A stretch of DNA of 43,407 nucleotides, the filler included, from Jimgerdemannia flammicorona (Eukaryota), in assembly GCA_003990765.1 (NCBI GenBank). It is 2 parts of 2 records of this genome, joined end to end, with 100 filler letters (N's around TTAATTAATTAA, not from the genome) between each part and the next. Parts side by side here need not be neighbours in the genome. Positions count along the whole stretch, not along the records: positions 21,755 to 43,407 come from RBNJ01001413.1; 1 more part is not named here. One strand, 5' to 3'. Positions 34,100 through 43,407 of this stretch are shown one piece after another. Position 1 is the stretch's first letter. Each line of letters opens with the position of its first letter. Below the pieces are notes generated by a model. It was not told the origin of the DNA. It made no database searches and saw nothing but the letters and a program-made list of their open reading frames with translations. The translations under genes and the position numbers were made by a program.

Positions 34100-37000
34100 A
34101 ATTTTATTATTATAATAATTGATCCAAATTGAGAATATAAATCAGAGAAATAGACATTTAATTATAGTATTTGAACCAATTTCCAAATATAGTATAGCTA
34201 TATAAATAGTAGTTATTTTACAAATATTGAGATTTAACAGATATTGAATTTTGATAATTGTTGAAATTTTACAGATATTAAGGATTCATATATGTATACT
34301 TATGAAAAATAACTCACAGGAAATATAGTCATAACTTAGCCACTTTAGAGCTAGCAAACTTATATAAATACATATCTCTAGTATTTAGAGTAAATAAACC
34401 TCAGATCAAAATAGTTCAAAGTAAAGAGAAAGTAAAAGAACTAGTAAGCCTGCAGGCAGATATACTTTGAACTCACACCTCTGTACTTTGAGAACTCTGT
34501 GAGAGTCAGAACAAGATTAAGTTTTAAGATATAGAAATATGCTATACTTCTAAGATTAGACATTTACTATATTATAACTTAATATCTATTAGCTAATAAT
34601 TTAAGACAAATCTCTCACTTTCAAGCTAAATAATGAATAACTATTATCTAAAGAATAACTATACAAATTAAATCAAAACATCCAGATAAGATAGATATAA
34701 GACTACTAGTATTCTATAGATATACATATTTTCAATGAATTAATTATATATTATCTTCATTATAGTATACTATTAAGAATTCTGATAGTAGTATAGTAAG
34801 TAGCCCTCATGCTCTTCAGTCTCTGAGATCTAGCAAGAGTTGTACTCATAGCTGTAAATCTTAGAGAAAATAATACAGATGAGACCTTAGCAGTATAGAA
34901 GACTTAGCTATAAACTATCTATTATATAGATGAGATTAAGTAAGTTTTAAAGAATCAACTCATTATAGTCTGCTAAGAAATAAATGAAGACTTAAACATA
35001 TTCTTTATTAGAATCTAATATTAGATAATTTGTAGATTATGTAAGAATAAGTAGCTAATATAACCTTTATAGAAGAAGTTTACTTAGAGATAACAATGAC
35101 TATTTAGTCAATACTAGTAGTTCTGAACTTACTATAGAAAGTGATCTTTGCTCAGTAATATTGGATGGTTAGATACTTTCAAGACTATATAATAGAAAGA
35201 GTTACTAGAGTTAGAATTAAAGTACCTAAGGCAACTAGTGTAATCTCTAATATAGTAATTAATTGAAATATATCTCAATTAAGAGCTACTGAACAGTAGA
35301 GTAATAGTGACCCCATGGAGGAACTTGCTAAGAAGTTTGCTGAAATGACTGCCCACTAGGAGATATAGTAAAAAAAATTAGAAGAAGAGATCACTACTCT
35401 GTCTAGAAGTTTACTGCTATTATAGATAGAAAAAAAAAATATATCTACTATATCTATGAAGAAGAAGGTCACTACTTATATAAATATAAGTGAGACCAAG
35501 TGCAAGGTCCAGTTAAGTAATATTACCTAAAATAAGAAATAAACTAATACAATTATTTTTAAAAAGATTAAAGAATTAGATAAAGAGGAGTGAGATGTCT
35601 ATCTCACTCAGACTACTAAGAAGAATATTTGTAAAGAGCCCTATAAGAGACTATAAAAAAGATTTAAGAAGAACTCAATAGAAAGACAAATAGAGACTAC
35701 TATAGAAAGTTATGCTAAAGAAACAGACTAAGATATAGAGTGAGTAGACAGTTCAAGATATCATCTGAGAAACTACTCTAGCTCCAGCAAGTGAAGGAGA
35801 AATGAAGAAAAAGCTTTGCAAAAGTAAGACCTTTAAGTATAATATCTTCAAAGATCTCAGCCTTAAAAAATTAATACAACCTTTAGACAACTAGTAGAAA
35901 TCCTCATATTTAGATAATAAATGAGATTCAGACTTACTGAAATAGCCAAAGACCAAGAATAGAAGATAACTAAAACCAATAATATCTAAGAAAATTCTAA
36001 AGAAGAGAGTAAAGATAATTACAAAATATCTATTCATATAATATATTAAATCAAAGATAGGATTTTCAAAGTTATTATTTATATAGGAGCAAAAGGATAT
36101 CTCCTCAGCAAGAAAGCAGTAGACCACTTAGATTAGAAAGTTAAAGAAGTAACCAAGTTGATATTTATTACAGCAGATGGTATAAAAGTTACATCTCTGG
36201 AAAAAATTTGAGATATCTCTATTAAGTTCAGAGAAGCAACTATTCTAATAAATATAATTATAACTAATATTATTAACTATGACATCCTTATTAGTAACTA
36301 GTGGCTCTATAAGGCCAAGACTACATATAATCAATATAAATACTTAGAAGATACAGATTATCTACTAAGAACAGAAGATATAGATTCTAATCAATATTAA
36401 CAAAAGAGTACTTCCTGAAATAGAGAAAAGAGATAGTGAGCAGAAAGATATCTATATGATAACTACTCAAAAAAGAAAGTCAGATGGATCAGTAAAGAGA
36501 AATGTAAGAATATCATAGAAGAATATATACTACAAAGAGTCTACTCTCATGAAATTAAAATATACTATATAGAGTATATCAATGATTACTTCCAGTATAC
36601 TAGTGGAATTAAGGAGATCTATAACTAAAGAAGACAAAAGGCTCTTAAGAAACAGACAAGAGAGAAGAAAGAAGAAAAGAATGAGGAAGAGGATGATGAA
36701 CCACCAGCCCTCTTAGAAGATAGTAATGATAAAGAAAAGATTAAGGCCAAGATTACAAAAATCTAATCTGATATAATGCTATTAGAATATAAGTCTGAGA
36801 ATATAGCAGAAATAGATATTACTATAGTAGAGGAAACTATACTTAAGTCTTAGACAACTACTCTATATACAACTGGTCTACTGAAGAACTATATTGAAAT
36901 CCTCAAGATAAGAAGCAGTCTGGCTAGAAGCAAAATTATCATTGAAGGAGAAGTTATTGATTTAGATTATATTAGAGAAATACTACTCATTGCTAAGAAC

Positions 37001-39016
37001 TACAATTTTATAATTTAATTTCCAATCAAGAAGAAGAACTGACTGGTGTAGATATTGATCTTTCTAGTTCTACAGCTAAATATCATAAAAGTCAAGAAGT
37101 TGAAAGAAATAAACAGAGAAAAGAAAGAATTTAGATCTATAAAAAGAGGAGTTTTTATTGGTACTAAGATTACTGAGCTAGACTACAAGAAGGAGAAAAT
37201 TATGAACAAGTATAGCTACATATACTATTAGAAATAGATTCTTACTCAAGAAGGAACTCAAGAAGATATTTTATGAATTTGAGAATATTCTGATCACAGA
37301 TTTTAAGAATATCAAAGAAAAGACTCCATACTATATAATATAGATATACATAGGAGATATCAAACCAATTTACTAAAAAGCAAGATCAATTCCACCAGTC
37401 TATCAAGAATGGCTTAGAGAAGAAATTGAGCAAATAGAAGAAGTTAGTATTATCAAAGAAGCCAGTAGTCCCTGGACTTCACCAGTAGTACTAGCTCTAA
37501 AAAATGAAAGCAAGTTAGGAAAATTTACCTCAAGACTCTACACTAACTATAGAAAACTCAATCTAGTTATCAAGAAGGATTACTAATAACTGCTCCTCAT
37601 TAGTAACATCTTTATAACTCTAAAATATAAAGTATAATATTATAGTATCTTGGATCTATACTTAGGATTCTACTAAATTAGTCTCATAAAAGTAACAAGT
37701 GAGAAGTTAGCCTTCATTACCCCAGACAGAACTTATGTCTACCTATAAATACTATTCAGAATATATAATATCTCAGAAATTTTCTAGTAAATAATGAACA
37801 AAATCTCTACTATAATATAGGAAGATGGATAATAGTTTATATAGATGATATAATCATCTATAGTAAGACACCAGAAGAGCATCTGCAGTATATCCAGCAG
37901 ATGATAGAGAAGCTAAGGAAGTATAAATTTATAGAAATTGAGATCTCCTACCTTAGCTATATTATCAACTAAGATAGAATACACACAGACCCTCTCAAGT
38001 ATAAGCAGTAGCAGTATATCCAAAGCCTACTACTATTACTAAAGTCCAAGTCTTCATAGAACTAGATTCATATTATTACAGATTCATTAGAGGATTTTTC
38101 AATATTGTAGGCTCAATCTATAAACTCGATAAGAAGAATATTAAGTTTCAGTAAACTGGTAGATAATAAAAAGCATTTGATAAACTCAAGGTCAGGCTGA
38201 CCTAGGAACTGATCCTGAGGAGACCTAATTGGACTCAAGAATTCATCTTATAGATAGACACAAGTACAGTTAGATAAGAAGCAGTTCTAGCTCAGAGAAA
38301 AGATAAAGTGGAATATATCATTATATATCTCAGTCAAGAAATCTGAGAAGCTAAAAAGAAATATAAATCCTATAAGTTAGAATATCTTACAGTTCTCTGA
38401 ACTATAGAAAAGTTCCATTACTATCTTGCTAAAAGATACTTCACTATTTAGATAAAGTACTCAGTTCCTACTTAACTATTGATCACTGGGGAATCTATAT
38501 CAGATTGATTATAAAGTTATAGGCCTATGATGTAACTATTATATACTGTCTAAGAAGAACCAATACCAATATAGATACTCTCTTATAGATACTCTAAAGA
38601 ACTCTCAACCAGTAAATCAACTATGAATAAGGAGCTCTACTATAAAATTATCATTTATCTAAGATAGTAAAAAATGTCCCAACATCTGAAAGAATGAACA
38701 CAAATAATTATTAGCAGAATATGGAAACAATTCAAAACTGATAGAGAAACTCTGAAGAATCTATTAAAAATAAAAAATAAAAAAAAAAACTCTAAAGAAA
38801 GAAAAACTACTAGTTATATCTAAGTATAAGAAGAAATAAACAATGAAGTCAGTATATAAACTTGGCTATCTAAGAGGAAGAAATATCTATAATAAAGTAA
38901 AAAGAATAATATAGTGACCAGAAACAAAGGAAGATATCAGACAATTTATCAAAACCTTTAATAAATACCAGAAATAGAACCAAGATCAGTGAAATCAGAC
39001 TTTAGAATTAGTATAT
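34100..39016 (+). mobile_element. Heavily mutated Ty3/Gypsy retrotransposon (5' LTR remnant, gag, PR, RT, RNase H, start of IN), interrupted at 39016; left limit approximate
   Basis: Residual motifs: MEELAKKFAEM (~35314), decayed zinc knuckle (~35445), SSPWTSPVVL (~37465), NYRKLN (~37545), LAFITP, VYIDDII (~37835), AVLAQ (~38280). Extreme TpA richness and almost no CpG. Confidence 0.88.
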
Positions 39017-39587
39017 TGTGGCATTGGTTATGTATAATGAACTTCAACTGCATGGCTCAATATGTGCCACTAGTGAAGCATGCGATGGATAACTGAATAC
39101 GTTGGTGACGTTCGCGGGTCATTGATCACGTGATTGGCTTGTTCGATTCATGCAGTAATTGATAATAGCGGGAGTTTGTTCGACGATGGCTCAATTGTTT
39201 AGTGGATAAGGGCAATGATTATGCTGGCTAAGTTTCCTGGTGGCAATTAACTTGGCAGCAAACTCGAATTTATATGGCAATGACAGGCTTGCTCTTTATG
39301 CGGTCAATTAAAGTGGGCGATGGTCTTGACTTTAAGCAGTTCGTGGCACAATAGGTCGGGAAAATGGAGGTTGATGGCTTGCTCGTCTGTCTTGACTTAT
39401 TAACTTGAAAGATTCCTGGTGGTCGTTCAGGTCTTTGGCAGCGGGTCAGTCTTTTGGCAGTCTAGTATCCTTGGGTTCCTTGGTTTTCTGGGTCTTGAAT
39501 CTCGAATGGTGGCGGTCAAATGCACAGTCCGAATGGTGGTCGAATGGTGGTCTGAATGGTGGCGGTCGGGTATCGTTTTCTTTCCGT

Positions 39588-40065
39588 GGCAAGAGAAAAT
39601 TCTTTAACTCAAACTTCCAAGCGATCCATTGCTCTAGGTTGTTATCTTGTTCTCAGAATTTATCTGGTCTCTTGGAGGTAGTGTGTTTTCTCTGTAAAAC
39701 TATCTGGCTTGCGGGTGGTCCGTGGTCTTGAATCCTTTTCATGGCAGCAAAAAAACTTGAAATTCGGGTGGCAAGAGAAATTCCTTAACTCAAACTTCTG
39801 AGCGATCTGTTGCTCTAGGTTGTTATCTTGTTCTCGGAATTCCATTCTCTTGGAGGCAGTGTGTTTTCTCTGTAAAACTGTCTGGCTTGCAGGTGGTCCG
39901 TGGTCTTAAATCCTTTTTGTGGTAGCAAAAAAACTTGAAATTTGGATGGCAAGAGAAATTCCTTAACTCAAACTTCTGAGTGATCTGTTGCTCTAGGTTG
40001 TTATCTTGTTCTCGGAATTCCGTTCTCTTGGAGGCAGTGTGTTTTCTCTGTAAAACTGTCTGGCT
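39588..40065. repeat. ~180-bp tandem repeat (about 2.6 copies) in the LTR region
   Basis: GGCAAGAGAAA..TTAACTCAAACTTC starts at 39588, 39770 and 39948. Confidence 0.9.
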
Positions 40066-40229
40066 GAGGTTTATTCACTCTAAGAATATGGGTTATTTAT
40101 ACAAGTTTGCTAGCTATGGGTGAGGGGGCATAACTAAGGCTAAGGTATACTATGTTGTGGCGAACTTATGCTATTGGTTTGCATGATGCGAGGTGCAGGC
40201 TATTGTTTACTACAGATTGGGTTGTAGGG

Positions 40230-40425
40230 GATAGTAACGCTGGATTCGGACCTGCTGACAAAATGCTGAAAACGGTGGTACTGGGTAGCAATGCTGGATT
40301 CGGATGAGTTGACATGATACGATGATTGTTGCCAGAAACAGTTGTGGAGGGTGGCAATGCTGAATTTGGACCTGCTGACAAAATGCTGAAAACGGTGGTA
40401 CTGGGTAGTAACACTGGAAACGGAC
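40230..40425. repeat. 120-bp-period direct repeat with ~60-bp subunits
   Basis: GGACCTGCTGACAAAATGCTGAAAACGGTGGTACTGGGTAG occurs at ~40248 and ~40368. Confidence 0.85.
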
Positions 40426-40467
40426 TTGCTGACAAAAGCTGGGTTCTCACGGCTGATGGGTGGTACT

Positions 40468-41454
40468 CTAGAGGAAATAGTACCCTTCGTCCATGGTGGG
40501 CAAATCTTGCTGGGTTGTGATTTCTTCTTCATCATATCTCTCCTCAAAGGGGGGAAGTGCCGGCCAAGAGGTGAGGGGGTAGAAAAGTGGCCAGTTATCT
40601 TCAACAACATTTTCCAATCCTTGAACAGCTTGAATGCGGACAGAGGACTGGTAGACTCTCTGTTGCTCCTCTTTTTCTTCTGAAGACTCGTCAGTTTCGG
40701 TGTCAGAGGGGGTTTCTTCAGGGGCAGGGCCTTGGAGTTCTTGGGCCTCCTCTTTAAAGACAGGAACTTCTTGGGCTTCTTTTTGATTCAGTTTCCAAAT
40801 GATGAGGTGTGAATTGTGGCTGACAAGGTGGTGGGTGGTTGGGGTAGCTCCAACGGGTGCTTCTATGGTAATGGGCGGTCCTTCAAATATCTCTATAAGA
40901 CTCATTAGGTGACCTTGATGGTTGTCTCAGAGTGGGGTGGTGTGGAAACCTGGCTGAGTAGGTTCGGTTTGTTGGCTTCCTACGGCAATGCAGTTGCTGC
41001 CAATAGCATTGGCTACTTCAGATTCTATCCAGTCAGCATCTTCAGTTGAAAGGTGGGAGAGGCTGCCAGCTGTTACTTCTTGCAAGTGTGCTATAGCCTA
41101 GGGAATATGGCGGAAGATTTGATGGACACAGAGGGCTCTCTTGATTAGCCGGCTGGTGGTTAACATTTCGGCAATGAGGTCTTCCTGGTCACCTTCTTGA
41201 GTCTCATTGCAAAGGCGGTGTCCGATTTCATAGTCATGCCAGAGGGTCATTTGTTCGGTAGTGTCTTTGAGCTGTTGGGTCATTATATACCAGTAGTTGA
41301 TGAAGTGTCCAAGGTCCTCAGTGTAGAAGTTCAAGTGTTTGAAAGTATCTGGATGCCAGATGGCCTTCTTGATAGCTTCAAAGATCAGGGTCTTTGGGCC
41401 AGGCAAAGGGGTAGAGCAGTGGGAGGTCTGGTTGGTTCGGCGAATGGGAGGCAT
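40468..41454 (-). pseudogene. Accessory ORF of unknown function (~328 aa) downstream of integrase
   Basis: ATG at 41454 (MPPIRR). One frame runs through 40468 with two stops (TAG at 41100-41098, TGA at ~40929). Homologous to 8884-9729. Confidence 0.78.
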
Positions 41455-43407
41455 TGTGTGGTGGGTACTTGGTTCTTTGGTGCTGATCCTTGAGGCAGAG
41501 TATAGTTCCTTAAATAATGTGGTCTTCATTTTGGCTCGGATCATCTTGTCTTCTTTTGGGATGATCACCTAATGGGTCAGGCTGTCTATTTGATTGTCAT
41601 GCCATTATATCATCTGATCTTAGCAGTCACCAGTACTCCATTGTCAATTGTGTACGTCACATCTGCCTCTTGCAAAATTAGAGCCATTCTCAGCAGTGAG
41701 GGTTACACAGAGTTGGGTGGTCTTAACTCCAAGGACAAGCAGAATACTGGCGCATTTGTGAGGACTGGCCATCCTTGTCTAGGGCGAGGGCTCCCATAGT
41801 CGCAGCTGGGGGTTCAAACCCATCGGAAATAGTATTACTTGTAATCTGAGGCAATTTCTTAGTAACAATGTCTATCACATGGATGGGCTTGAGTCTGGTT
41901 CCAATGTTGTTGGCTTTCTTGAGTTCCGAGTGAAACGTCCATCATATCTCCAGCAGAGATAACACAGACAGAGTGAACAGGATTGTTCAAATGCATTTTG
42001 CTTCTCTTGAGTAGTAGAGTCTTATGTGGTTGCGATGTATCTTGGTCTTGAGTATAACTTCATCCAAGGTCTTGAGTTAATAAGTGTGGTTCGAGAATAC
42101 TTGATATATGAGATAGGGGCCTTCCCATTTTGGTTCAAGCTTGGCACTCCAATTTCCTTCTATGATGGTATGGTACACCAGAACCTTTTGTCCAATGAGC
42201 AGGGGTTCGAGGTCGGCTTTGCAGTCGTAGTACCTCTTTTGGTGTTCTTGTGCCTTGGTGATAAATCCTCGTGCTTGCTGGCATATATCATGTAACCGGG
42301 TGATCTCTTCTGTGACTCGTTTTGACAGATCTAGCTGGACTGATTCAGTAGGATCTTGTGCTTCTCGGCCATACACCAAATAGAAGGGGGTCTGTTGGGT
42401 AGCAGTTGCCTTAGAGGTATGGATGCTGAACAGAATTGCTGGTAGATAGATACATATTCCAGTTTAGTTGATCTCCGGTTCTACTGAGGCCTTGCTTGAT
42501 GGTCTGGTTCATTCATTCAGTGAGTCCATTTGCCTGTGGGTGGTAGGCTGTTGTTGGTCGTAGCTTGATCTTGAAGTTGCTTGCAAAGGTCTTCATGGCT
42601 TGGTTGACGAATTCTTGGCCTTGGTTGGTAATGATTTCCTTGGGCACACTATGGCAGCTGAAAATTTCATTATACAGGATCCCAATAATTGTCTGGGCAT
42701 CGGCAGTCTCGATGGCAAAGGCTTCAGGCCATTTTGTCAGGTGGTCTTCAATAGTGAGGATGTAGCGTCTTCCTCGGCTGGTTATTGGTAGGGGTCCAAT
42801 AATATCTATTCCCAGTCTTTGAAAGGCTCCAGCTGGTGCTGCGATCGGTATTAATGGTGCTCTGTTGGTAGGCTTTTGTCAGTATCTTTGGCAGATATCA
42901 CATTGTTGAATATGGGTTGAAATTTGTTTTCTCATCTTGGGCCACCAGTATCACTTCTTGATTCTTGCAATTGTGGCACCAATTCCTCGGTGTGCATTTT
43001 GGTCATGATTTGTTATCAGGATCTTCAATACTTCTTCCTCTCTTGGAACTCGGGTGTACTGCTCTCCTTCTACTCTCCAAAGTTCGCCGTCGCCTTCTTG
43101 GAATTTCTTGAAATTCCTTTGAATAAACAACTTGTGGGCTGGTTGAATTCCTTTCTTGAAGCTTCTGTGGTGCAGACTCCAGGTGAGGGCGAGGCACAAT
43201 TCTTGGTTCATTTGGGTGAGTGGGAAGCAGCCTTCTCTTATGGGGGCTCCTTCCCTTCTTGTTGGTTTTGTGGGATTCACAACAGGGTATCGACATTGGA
43301 ATTCTTAGCACCTTTCTTGTAGACAATAGTGAACTGATATTCTTGCAGAGACATGATCCATCTAGTGAAGATTCCTGAGGGCTCCAGCTTGTTGAACAAC
43401 TATTGTA

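Larger units (their letters stand above)
39017..43407 (-). mobile_element. Younger Ty3/Gypsy element (end of RNase H, integrase, accessory ORF, 3' LTR) inserted in the older one; continues beyond the window
   Basis: Integrase motifs HDQNAHRG..YWWP..CDICQ, GIDIIGPLP, DHLTKWPEA, YHPQANG and KLEPKWEGPY. Composition switches sharply at TGTGGC (39017). TATA and AATAAA on minus at ~40103 and ~40074. Confidence 0.9.

Noticed and set aside
30250..34450. Inverted repeats around the nuclease read as Mutator/Pack-MULE TIRs
   Set aside because: The repeated segment carries the LTR TATA/AATAAA core, and the right copy leads into a Gypsy gag-pol. These are two oppositely oriented LTRs, and no shared TSD was seen.
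40468..41454. env gene call for the post-integrase ORF
   Set aside because: No signal peptide, furin site/fusion peptide or transmembrane anchor is visible.

Overview
Eukaryotic, most likely fungal, transposon-dense window. Spliceosomal introns, L1/Tx1-type LINEs, Ty3/Gypsy and hAT elements and a LAMTOR4-like gene point to an early-diverging fungus, but the taxon is inferred. Positions 1-21654 hold a nested array of two sister LINE families (called B and C here), arranged divergently around ~13087, plus the 3' end of an LTR element. An assembly gap with a synthetic linker follows (21655-21754). To its right lie three CpG-rich genes with no visible disruption: a 3-exon RNase III + dsRBD gene, a LAMTOR4/Roadblock gene and an intronless PD-(D/E)XK nuclease gene. 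They sit among a decayed hAT transposon, a foldback hAT MITE, a solo LTR, a heavily C>T/G>A-mutated Gypsy element and a younger Gypsy element inserted into it. The best novelty candidates are: (1) an unrecognised ~280-330 aa non-env accessory ORF conserved at the 3' end of two divergent LTR elements (8884-9729 + and 41454-40468 -), possibly inside the LTR in one of them; (2) the stand-alone restriction-fold nuclease; (3) the atypical RNase III; (4) the mirror-symmetric LINE array; (5) twin large hairpins with a CACGTG-derived apex upstream of the hAT transposase. All alignments and translations outside the ORF track were done by eye.
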